64,000 nucleotides of DNA from Amphiscolops sp. MND2022 (Eukaryota). The notes below the pieces were generated by a model that was not told where the DNA came from, searched no databases, and was given only the letters and a program-made list of their open reading frames with translations. This document shows, one piece after another, positions 11,901 to 22,609 of the stretch. How positions within the stretch are numbered: the first letter of the stretch is position 1; each line of letters opens with the position of its first letter. The position numbers were made by a program, and so were the translations under genes. Location: the NCBI GenBank assembly GCA_964187785.1, contig OZ076409.1:93436001-93500000 (forward strand), read 5' to 3'.

Positions 11901-13995
11901 CCGCAGCAGGATATGCTATAATGATTGAAGACGACCCGAACCAAAAACTCCAATCAAAACGAAAAACATATGCACCTATTGCATTCGGTTCAAAAACTTT
12001 TAACCCAACGCAGACAAAAATGACAATTTACGCAAAGAAATTTCTCTCCATATACTTTGCTTTTGTTGAATTCGGACTCCTCATGTGGGGTAGTACCTTC
12101 CCAGTGATCGTCTTCACAGACAATCGTTCTGTAACACGCTTTTTTCAAACAAAAATGATCCCTCCAGCACTCTGGAATGCATGCGATTATGTCCTGCAAT
12201 ACAATTTTGTAATCGCTCACGGCTGGTTCAATGAACACCGCCGCTGACTTCTTATCCAGAACGGAAGTCGACCCAACTGAAAAACTAGAAATGGCCATTC
12301 GTGATGATATCCATACGAAAGCCATAGAAGTCAATATTCAATCATCTGGCATTGTTGAAGAAGAACAAATTTATGTCCTTCCAGATGAAGGAATTGACGA
12401 AAATCAAATATGAGAAGAAAAACAAAACATCCGAAATCAAGCACAAACTGAAACACTCAACGAACCAGAAAACATAGTCTCTGGACTACAACAATTCCAT
12501 AAGTCTACCTCAGGGTTGATCTCCTGCTCTTCAGGACACTTTAAGGATAATGCAAGAATCCGCCTTGAACAGAATAATGACATAGTCCTTAGAAACCTAA
12601 GAGAAAAACTCGAAGGAAACCCATTTGATGAAAACGAATTAGCATCGGATTACAGATACCAACACTACTTACAAAACATAACACGAATAGAGATCAAACA
12701 GGAAGTTCACACACGCAAATACTACACAGACACAGGAACCATATCTCACTACCAAATTCTTTTACCAATCCAACTCCAGAAGAATTCCTTCAGGCCTTGC
12801 ATGGTCATAATTCAAATCACCCCGGAATCACCAAGATGATTCAAGAAGCACGTCAAAAATATTACTACCCATGTATGGCTGAATACATCAAAAAATGGGT
12901 CAGAAACTGTCAAGTTTGTATTCAAACGAAACGCATTAACAACGATGCTCAAACAATAGGTCTCCTCGAGAGAATCCATGCCTCAGTGAAAACACACCTA
13001 AAAGCTGCAACAGGCGAATTCAGGAACAACTGGCAAAAATATCTCCCGTTGGCAGTCCTTAACTACAACACTACTTACCATGCATCGCTTGGCTGTGAAC
13101 CTTCAAGAGTTTTCCATGGTAGAATACCGCATAACATCCTGGATTACAAACTCGGATATAACCCTAACCCACGATACCAACCACAGACAGATGTCGCAGA
13201 AGAAATCCAGAAACGCATGAAAATCCTTTTAGACCAAACTAAGAAGAACATCATGCAATCTTATCTCAAATATAAAGCCTACTACGATAGAAAAGCAAAA
13301 GCAGCTCCGCTCGAAACGACGGACTATTGTTACATTCTCAACCCGAAAGCCGATACCCAAGCGACAAAAATACCATTTCGAGAATTCAGAGGGTGTGGTC
13401 CATACAAAGTAGAAAAGGTACTTCCAAACAATAATTATATTGTCAGAAGACTCGGAACTAACAAAACGCAACTACTACACAGGATCCGTCTGCGGAAATT
13501 CACTCCGCAAGCTCTATTAGCAGATATTTTTGTTCGTGAAACTGATTGGCAAAAAGATGACCAAATGCCTATAGCAAATGATGATCTACATGCCCAATCA
13601 TGGAACACAAATTTTGGGTCTAACCCGTTTGAAGATGGCCCTTCAGAGTTTTCACAAGACACTGAAGATGCTGAATATACTCCGATTCAAATACCGAATG
13701 AAAACCACCCACCCTCCCCAGGATCTTCGAAAAACAGTGGGGGAGCCCAGTGGAACAAACCACTGAACCAAAAGATAATCATGAGAATAAAATTCCACAA
13801 CACATCAGTGACGATGATCAAAATATCCAAAAAACTCAAAAAATTAAATAATTCATCAGCTGTTGACATTCAAAAAACCCCAGAAAACTCCCAAAATACT
13901 CCATTGCAAGAAAAACCCATAAATACACGTGGTGAAAAATATACAACTTACGTCCTAATCCCAACCCAAACTACTCTGATACATATAGATATTAA
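8939..13995 (+). pseudogene. pol: Pol polyprotein (protease, RT, RNase H, integrase); frameshifted, rearranged, integrase core deleted
   Basis: LIDTGA protease; RT motifs ASPIF, RLLVDIRKIN, LAQGL and YVDD; RNase H MSDAS and VFTDN; integrase HHCC zinc finger and GPY motif. Confidence 0.95.
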
Positions 13996-14218
13996 AAACA
14001 ACCTTCAGACTGACTTATACGGATATTAAAAGAAGTGCAAGGAAATTCTCCTTTTTTATCGTTTCTAACTGCGCAAAACACTGCAAACGAACAAGTGTGT
14101 GCTTTCCTTGTTGCAGAACAGAATTAACAATATCACCCGAAAATAATGGATGGTTTAACATGAAGTAATGAGATTAATAGAAAACACAACAGTAAATAGT
14201 CACAAATCATACAGACAG

Positions 14219-17200
14219 TCAATACTTCTTATCTTTTGCTAGTTTGGCGTTTGTCTTTTTTGGAACATCCTCTAAGGACGACCCAGTACAACGACTGACC
14301 GATACACTGATCCTACTCAGATTGGGATCCGGAGATGGAGAGCTGTTAACGCTGCTAGTTCGACTTACACTAGGTGTAGTTGTGTTAGATGAGACTGCAG
14401 GTTTTTCATGACGCAAAACTGCCTTCGTGTATCCCGTTTCCAGTTTTCCCAACAAGGAAGCACGCCGAGGTCCACTTCCCCTCAAGAAGTTCCACACCGA
14501 AAACTTTTTGTCGACTAACAAGTCAGATCCACGCCCTAACAGACGGAAAACACGACTAACAGATCGTGGATCTCGGTATAAGCTTGACACATGCGGGATA
14601 GTGGAGTAAGACATCTGCAAACTTCTCACGCAAGATTGAAAGGTTTCCTCAGTAAGTCCCAGAGCCGGCATTGGAACAACAAACTCAGTAGGCATCTCCA
14701 CCAATGGGGCAAACACAAACATGAAAATTTATATAAAAGAAACAATTCAGGACGGCATTGCAATTCGTGATGTGAGGATATAAAGTGTATCCAATCATCA
14801 TATTCCAAAGCAGGCTCCAACCGCAACTTGGTAACGAGCGCCCGGTACTGGCTGACCGCCTTTACTTTGTCACTGGAAGAAACAAGCCCAGCCGAAACGA
14901 AATGACTCGATAAGCTCTCAATAGCAACTGTATAATCAGCCTCGGAACCGTCAAGCATGACTGCAGGATCAAATGCTGATAAACCTCGCATTAGTTTTGA
15001 CTTGATGTTTTCATGTTCCATTAGTAGCTTACAAAAGGTTTTGCTAAATTAAATGGTCTGTTCCAAAAATTTACCCGGGCGTGGTAATTTGCTTGCTGCC
15101 ACTAGCCTGTGGAAGTCCTCGTTAAGCACATATTCATCCGGAGTCTTGAACGGTAAATTAGCCTGGCTAAGATCCAACTGCAAGAAATTGTCCCAGTCAG
15201 ATATGCTCCCAAGTGTTTCATCTGGCAAGATACTTTGCAATTGACTGTAGATAAAAACAGCAAATTGGTTAAAGGCTCTAAATCCGCCTTCCAAACCCTT
15301 TTGAACTTCTGAAAAGGCCGAAGTATCTAAAACACCACAGAACATATATTAGATATACATCAAGAATATCATCAGTTTGAAACAACATGAATGGAGTACA
15401 ATTTGGTGTTGTGTTATGCGACACGTGCAGAACTGTACAATTTGAACTCAATATGGTAACACGCAATGAATGGTGTCGATTACACGTTACTATGTAGATT
15501 TGGTAGAACGTCTGACGTACCTAAGCGGATCTGCTGGAACAACTATACGCCATTATACGTTTTGACCAGTGACGACTATGCGTCACAATACGGTTTCATC
15601 AGAAATACTATACGTCACTATGCGGAACAAGGTGTGGAGACTATACGTCACTATGCGGAACGAGGTGTGGAGACTATACGTCATCATGCGGAAAACGAAT
15701 CAATTATGCAGCACTATGCGGAATGAAGCGTGATGATTATACGACATCATACGGTTGTTTCGTTCAATGTCCATAGGACTCAAAGGGAAGGTGATAGACA
15801 CGCCCCAGAGTAAGAACAAGATATAAGAAATTATAATACAATGGAAATCGCTATCTACACATACATTGAATGAGAATAGAAACGAACTAACAGTGGTCAA
15901 GGACGCAACGGATTACGAAGAGACGGGCCAGATATGCCGTGTCAAGGCGGAAACACTCATCCAAAGTACTTGGCTGAAATGAAGAAATGATATAAGGAAC
16001 GAAAGTACCAATTTACAAATTGAAAGAGCAATTGAAGAAGGAAATAACCTCGCGCATGTGAAAACGATAAGCGGGAAGCCGTGCGACTTGGTTTAGGTGT
16101 TCGCGAACGTGGTCCCAGTTATTGGAAAGGCTCTCTATGATGGAAGAAGCGTCTTCGAGAGAGTATTCCAAACGGATTACACACTGAAAGAAAACAACAA
16201 AATTGAACAATGAAAACCTCAGCATTTTAAAAAATTCTCAGGTAAATTTTTACCTTGTGCAATATGGGGAGTTTTTGTAGCCAGTCCTTGTCAAGCGCCG
16301 TTCGTATATTCATCAACAGGAAGTCTAATATCGTTCTATAATCATGACGTTCTATGATCTGTGAAGTTGGTTGAGCAAGGCTTTTCTCAAACTCTTCGGG
16401 CCCAAATGTGCGGAGAACCGTGGGTGTCCGTTTTCCTGGAAGACAAGTAGCAAGACAGTCTCCCAGTTTGTCGCCAAGATTAACAAGAGCCAAGCAATAG
16501 GGTTCTTCGTCAAAAAGGCAGAGAAACGATGACACGAGACTGAGAACTTTTTTGGAAGCAACATTCCTCGGGGAGCACTGCCAAGACAGACTCGATGAAA
16601 CACATTCCCAGACCAGAAACTGAGGATAAGGAAAGAAGCCGTGGGAGTCTGTTGAAGCGCAAGAGAGTAAAAGTCCGAAGAGGAGATTGCAGCAATGCAG
16701 TAGCCGACTAGTTCCCGGAACATGTACACGAGGAATCCCTGTAAAATAGATGAATTTATTAGTCCCTCCGGTCTAGGTGTAGATCACCAAGTCAACGATA
16801 CCGATGAAAAAGGTGCAAAGGAAGAGATACATCTACATTAACGTGGTTTCCATTTATTAAAACAACGACAAAATTTTTACAAAAACTCGTTGTGGACTCC
16901 AGTTCTGAGGACTCGTATTGCTGTTCGTAACCATCCGAGCGAGCTCATCGTAGATGCCAGTTAGGCTGTTGACATGTCCCCCATGTCGTAATCCGTGTTC
17001 GAGGATGCTTATTTGAGACAAAATTTTCTCGGTGGGGGGGTCATTACACTAAAATCGGGCACAGTTTCCTGCCCCACGAGTGGCCGACGAATGTCCAACT
17101 GGGGAGCGATGGGGTACATTTCCTTGGCTTTTCTTTTAGCATCTTGTAGTGATGCTCCCAAAATCTCCCCTTCTTCCTTGTCATATAAAGCCAAGCCTGG

Positions 17201-18670
17201 GGTCTCCATTCTTATTCTGTGTTCTTTTATCAAATGAGACTCTGATCGATAATGTGACACCAACTCCAAAATCCCCCGGCTCATAAGGGACAGCTCGACT
17301 TTGCACACTCGGCACCACCATTTATGGGGGGTCTTGTCTTTGTCTAGGGGTCCTGTCGCCGAGAATTTTAATACGGGGTGTTTTTTGAGCATTGCACTAG
17401 TTAGAGAATACTTGGGTCTTCTCCGTTTTCCTCTCCTGGATGAATTTTCTTCTTGCAAATCACGTGAGACAATATCAGTTGGTGCATTTGTCTCAACCCC
17501 CTCTTGACTCGAGATAGCGGTTAAAAGTGGTGGCTCCACCTCGTCAACAACCGTTAAAGTGAGTGGTTGATCAAATCCGACCTCTTCCCCAACCGCGTAT
17601 TCCTGAGGAATCCGTTCCAAGACACTGGTCAATGTTAAGATTTCCCGTCTAGTAATATTGATGCTAGATCGGGTGGTTCCAGAAAGTACGTCGGTACGGG
17701 TACTTACCTGTAGATCGGGCCGAAGGTTTGACTGCTCAGTATCTGTTTGGTCACTCTGTTCAATCCCCATGAGTTGACTCAGTTCATTATGAGTAGTGGC
17801 TGGCATGTACTGACTAAAATGTGGGGATAGAACGTGACTAGTCCCCGGAGAGATAAATTCCTCCAATAACTCCCGACCGATATCAGGGGCTGAGTCTCCC
17901 ATTGTGACAGTAGGAGTCGCGTTCAAATCAGGATTAGCTTGGTTTGTTGATGTCTCAGCCAAACTAAGATCAGTTGGGTTAGCAGAAGCCAAGGCCGAAT
18001 TAGAGTTAGTTTGATCACAGGGAACTTCGTTCGAATCAAAATTAACTGGTTCAATAGGTGTTTTTTCTGCCCTGTCGTTTTTCTGAATGCCTGGCGAAGA
18101 TGATGAGGTAGCAGTAGGAAAAGGAGTTTCCGACTCTGTTACAACAGTAATCCCTTCATCAATTTGTAACGGGGCAACAATTGGAGACTCCTGTGCAACG
18201 AGTGTAGTAGCGGTTTTGGGAGAAGAAGATCGTAAAGGAGTGTAAATCTTCACAGGGGATTGTGTTGGAGACGACTCATGGGCTTCGGGTTCAACTAAAA
18301 CAGAGGAACTATTGCTAAATGACGATAGACTTCCTCAAATGCAAGCTAAATCTGTTCTGAATTGACCGGAACCGGACGCGGTGACAGGAAATGAGAAGAA
18401 CGGAAATTGCTTAGAAATTAGAAACAGAAACGTTTCGAAAAAGTCTCGAACTGATCTAGCAAAGATATAGATCATTTCTTCACGAGCCTGGCCAGCTTTG
18501 TGAAAAATCAAAACTCTTCAACAAAACAAATCAAACCAAACATTATTGAACTCGCCCAAATCTGCCCAAAAGGATGGGTTGTACTCTCTCCCACCACCCC
18601 AATGATGTGGAGTATGATCCTTGCGCGATCTTCGCTTCTCTGATTGCTCTGTTCCGGATGGTGGATCCAT
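14219..18670 (-). pseudogene. Antisense five-exon accessory gene (~1200 aa): BED-like C2H2 zinc finger plus degenerate hAT-transposase-like body; disrupted in this copy
   Basis: Exons 18670-16881, 16738-16254, 16183-16049, 15973-15892 and 15326-14219, joined by GT-AG introns with compatible phases. Zinc finger WWCRVC-x16-HYRSESH. Three in-frame stops and three 1-bp homopolymer indels. Confidence 0.8.
15544..15754 (+). promoter_or_regulatory. Array of seven paired TATRCG motifs in intron 4 of the antisense gene
   Basis: Pairs at 15544, 15577, 15609, 15642, 15675, 15705 and 15738; same motif and period as the LTR array. Confidence 0.7.
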
Positions 18671-19089
18671 TTTTCCTTCGGAAGTAAGAAACAAGGGCAA
18701 AATGAAGTGAAACAGCAGGATGGAAAGAAGTTGTTAACTGCAAAAGAGAGTATAGAGACTCAAAACAAATCCGGAAATAATGAACGATAAATGGGAGAAT
18801 AGAATTGTAAATACGAAAACTAATACTTCAACTGGGAATTATAACTAGACAGTAAATTCTATAGTTTGGAAAATCAATGTAAATGGCGTGGCGTAATGTA
18901 TGAACACAAGGCAAGAAGCAAATGACGCAAACTTGCGCAAATATGCCAAAGAAATGCTGTAACCTGATTGGTTAATTAAACGTCAATCACGTCTGCCAGA
19001 GTGATTGATTGACTCATTATAGTTTTGGACGAAAGAGTACGATTGGAATTTCACTGCAGAGCAAATTAAAATGAATCAGAATGCGAGAC

Positions 19090-19270
19090 TATGCGTCAGT
19101 ATGCGGATCGACTAAGGATGAGTATGCGGCAGTATGCGGAATTACAGCAAAGATTATGCGGCAGTATGCGGATCAACTGATGATGAGTATGCGGCAGTAT
19201 GCGGAATTGCAGTAGAGACTACGCGGCAGTTTGCGGATCAAGTAGTGACGCATACTCGGCATCCTGCGGT
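19090..19270 (+). promoter_or_regulatory. Array of six paired TATGCG motifs in the divergent intergenic region
   Basis: Pairs at 19090, 19123, 19155, 19188, 19220 and 19253 (TATGCGGCAGTATGCGGA-like). Nearby ATTGG/CCAAT boxes at ~18965 and ~19042. Confidence 0.7.
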
Positions 19271-19813
19271 TTTCGCTGTATGCATTTAAAAAGAGTGGAT
19301 TGATGTCGTCAATGATTAGAAGCGTATGAATGGAACAGTATTATGTAATAAAATGAAGAAACTATATACTATTAATGACAAAACATTTGTGATAATAATA
19401 ATGTGTCTATACAAGGCCGGCGCTCTTTTGATTTTGATATGTTTTTTAGAAGTCTAGACTGCTGGTACATTTTGCAAGTTTTCCTGCATGGATTTACCAA
19501 CAAACATGAAAACCTATTTGCTCTATTACCAACCCTGTTGCATTTTTCAAATGCAGGACTGGGATTAAACTATGTTTTCCTTAAAAATAAATTTTGATTC
19601 TGTAACGATGTGAAACTGAAATGAAACATTCACTTTAACATCTTTCATTTTCATGTAAACCTAGTCATGTAAGATTAAATAAATTCAACTTTGAATTGTT
19701 TTAATGAATATCCCCATGAGAATATTCCTAGGTTAGTTACTCTGAAGTTAGGAAGAATTTGTTTATATATCATTTAAACGTATGAGGAAAGCTATAAGCG
19801 TTGATGTTGGGTG

Positions 19814-20779
19814 ATGATCAGTCGAGGCGTTAACCGAAACACCTTTTATGGAACTTGTTTACAACTCGTTGTGAATGAAACCCGAAAACCTACGACCTAC
19901 GAAACCCTTATAACTCTTTTCCCCTCCTCAGCGGTTCCTTACCAAAATGAAGAAACCATCGATACAGCCGGCTCGCAGATTGAGAGACAGCTAATAGAAC
20001 TAGTAGAGGAACATCAGAGTAATGACTCAGCCTCACCGCCGTCATTCATCGACACGGAGTTCGAAGAATCTCCGGAATCCCCAGATGAGCAAGAAACGAG
20101 CGGAAATATGTCGGTCAATTGTTATGGTCGTCCGACCGCGGCGGTTCTACCCACTCCAAGAGGCCGTGGTAGAGGTAGGGGATCTGTCACTCGCCCCGTG
20201 CCGACATACCCGCCTGGCTACTCACCGGAAATGAGTAATTTCAACATAACAGGAGCTGGCATACGAGAAATACAACCCGCAAGTCTTAGTATAGAGAACA
20301 ACTTCCAATGGAACAGACCAGTCACAGCTAACCCAAGTGTCCCACTTATGGGTGTGCCACCACAGACTAACGTCATCCCGCTGATGATCCAGATCCCGCC
20401 AAATGCATCCAACTTCGCGGTCAATCATGGGGGTTTTCAAGCTCAACAGCAAATAGCATATGGAATAACAGTGCAAACTACCCACAGCACAAGTTTCCTA
20501 CTCCTCCCAGCTAGAGAGAGGGAAGCGTATCGCTTATCACCCATAGTAATGCCTAATATCGCCGGTTTTTGCGACTGGTGTGGCAAGACGTACGATCAAA
20601 TAGTGTTGGAGATTCTCGGAGAGTATCTCTTAACGACAGCTTATGACTCCGAAACAGTGAGGGATCGCAACGTGAGGTCCCGTGCCTTCATCGACGGGTT
20701 CGAGGCAGCCCTGTTCACCTTCAAAAATGCAGGACTGTCGCAACCCAGGAGTTGCGTTGGACCCGGTGTGCAGCACTAA
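19814..20779 (+). CDS. Intact accessory ORF (~321 aa) in the env position; disordered and Pro-rich with a C-terminal CxxC domain; unknown function
   Basis: Uninterrupted ORF with acidic, RG and Pro-rich segments, then FCDWCGKTYDQI...FIDGF. The last 14 codons and the stop lie inside the 3' LTR. No obvious signal peptide or transmembrane helix. Confidence 0.7.
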   Translation: MISRGVNRNTFYGTCLQLVVNETRKPTTYETLITLFPSSAVPYQNEETIDTAGSQIERQLIELVEEHQSNDSASPPSFIDTEFEESPESPDEQETSGNMSVNCYGRPTAAVLPTPRGRGRGRGSVTRPVPTYPPGYSPEMSNFNITGAGIREIQPASLSIENNFQWNRPVTANPSVPLMGVPPQTNVIPLMIQIPPNASNFAVNHGGFQAQQQIAYGITVQTTHSTSFLLLPAREREAYRLSPIVMPNIAGFCDWCGKTYDQIVLEILGEYLLTTAYDSETVRDRNVRSRAFIDGFEAALFTFKNAGLSQPRSCVGPGVQH

Positions 20780-22259
20780 TTGAAGAAAACAGAACGTTCC
20801 TCTCTCCATCTCCTTTGAAAACTCTGAAACTTTCACTGAAAAACTTGGTTTCGTTCATTTCTAATTCACCTTTACTCTTTTGGAAGTCATGTAAATTATT
20901 TGTGTAATTTAAATTGAAAAAGGTCTAGTTTTACTGTCTATTGAGAACTCATAATTACATAAAACCCAGGCCAGAATAGAAAAAACGCGTGCTAATGAGC
21001 AATACATTACGTAACATAGGTTTTCATTGAGCCCAATTAGTCTAAATACCATTTTGTGCTGATGACTATGCGGTACTATGCGGATCGAGCAGTACCGCAT
21101 ACTCGTCATTATGCGTTTTTGCCAATCTTATTATGCGGCATCCTACGGATCGAGGTTAGACGAATACTCGTCATTATACGCTTTTCATAGAAACACTATG
21201 CGGTACCCTGCGGATCGCGTGGTGACGCATACTCGTCACTATGCGGTTTCAGCAGGACCTTTTAAATAGAGTAGAAAGACGAAATAGTGCTAGTTGGAAA
21301 CCATTACAATTGCAGTTTATACAGTATTTCGAGTAATTTCCAGGGTTTCCTAGTTCTTTCCTTGGATATACTCTAAACGTGGAGTAATTTAGCTGATACT
21401 ATGAATAGTATGACGTTACCCTGACGTAATCCTATTTTTACCTTTCTCTAAAAGTGACTACAGTAAAAAGGAGTGTCATGGTTTTTTGTTGGAGCTATTT
21501 CATTTCAAAAACTAGGGGGAACATCATTCAAATCTCAACCGTCGGATAGTGCAGTTGTTCTTTTCAGACATCTGTAAACTTCTTGATAATTTCGTAACAT
21601 TTCTGAATCTTGTTATTTTTGAATAAACAAGATAATTCAAATTCTTCCCCAAAAGCCAAAACCCGTTTTCACTCAAGGCAACATGGGAAATAGACGCAAT
21701 AGACGTTCTAGAAGACTAGAAACTCCTTCCCCAGACAGAGAAGTAGAAGTAACTTAAATAGGGACGCCCATTACAGGTAATGAAACTTTAACTAATGTTA
21801 ATACTGTGGTTCAAAGAGATTTAGGTGAAGACAACTTAGAGAACCAGTTTACTGAACCTAGCCAAATAAGCAACGAGATCCAAGTATGGACCCAAATTAT
21901 GGAACAAAAGAACAATGATAGAATTGAAAAGATGAGAGAAGAGATGGAAAATAAACTCGAAATGATCCTAAAGGAAATAAAGTCTAATAAGAGTGCGTCA
22001 ACTGTGACTAACCCAGGGTCAGAAATTAATGAGAACAGAGACTCGCAACCATCGGGATCCAAAACAAATAGGTCTATAGGAGTTCACGCATCTAATAACG
22101 AGAATTCAGATTCTGAAAATGATGATTATCCTCTCAGAGCTTCCAAAATGAAAGACTTAAGACATCCTGCAAGACCAATATTTCACAATGAATCAGATGT
22201 AGATGTAACTATAAACCCAGAAGATGAGTCTGACGTAGAAGAAGTAGAGGATTATCACA
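20736..22259 (+). repeat. 3' LTR (1524 bp), including a second copy of the gag N-terminus and of the motif array
   Basis: Direct repeat of 6329-7850, followed by the TSD GGCGT. Confidence 0.95.
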
Positions 22260-22264
22260 GGCGT

Positions 22265-22609
22265 TTTTTCCCAGTGACGACCTTTTTCCCCCTCTATTTT
22301 TACTAGAAATGAAAAGTTTTGCGAGCATACATAACTCCTTATGGTTTTCGGCACTATTTGACTTACCGAAGACCTTCAATTTTTTTTGAAATTTCCAAAA
22401 AAAACTGTTTCCTCGTTCTTTTTTGTTTTTTGAAAGCCTCCATTTGGGGGAAAAAGTGGTTCTCGAGTTTATTGGGTATCCCTTGAGGTATTTTTGGCAC
22501 TGTAAAATTGATGAAATTTTAACAAAATTGACTTTTTGCATTTTTAACATACTACACTTTTTTGAACCTTGAGAACTGGGCACCGACTTGGGCCGTTCCC
22601 GGCTTGTTT
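22265..22609 (+). mobile_element. 3' part of a HINE-like element
   Basis: Ends with GGCACCGACTTGGGCCGTTCCCGGCTTGTTT, the same 3' terminus as the other copies. Confidence 0.6.

Larger units (their letters stand above)
6329..22259 (+). mobile_element. Full-length Ty3/Gypsy LTR retrotransposon (15.9 kb) with two accessory genes
   Basis: Two direct LTRs (TG...CA), 5-bp TSD GGCGT (6324-6328 / 22260-22264), gag with two CCHC knuckles, pol domain order PR-RT-RH-IN. Confidence 0.97.

Noticed and set aside
14219..18670. Simple nested hAT transposon insertion
   Set aside because: No TIRs or 8-bp TSD found, catalytic residues appear absent, and a divergent homolog occupies the same position in another Gypsy element.
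19090..19270. CRISPR-like repeat-spacer appearance of the TATGCGG arrays
   Set aside because: Eukaryotic retrotransposon context, degenerate ~17 bp repeats, ~15 bp spacers, no cas genes.
19814..20779. env gene
   Set aside because: No signal peptide, fusion peptide or transmembrane anchor visible.
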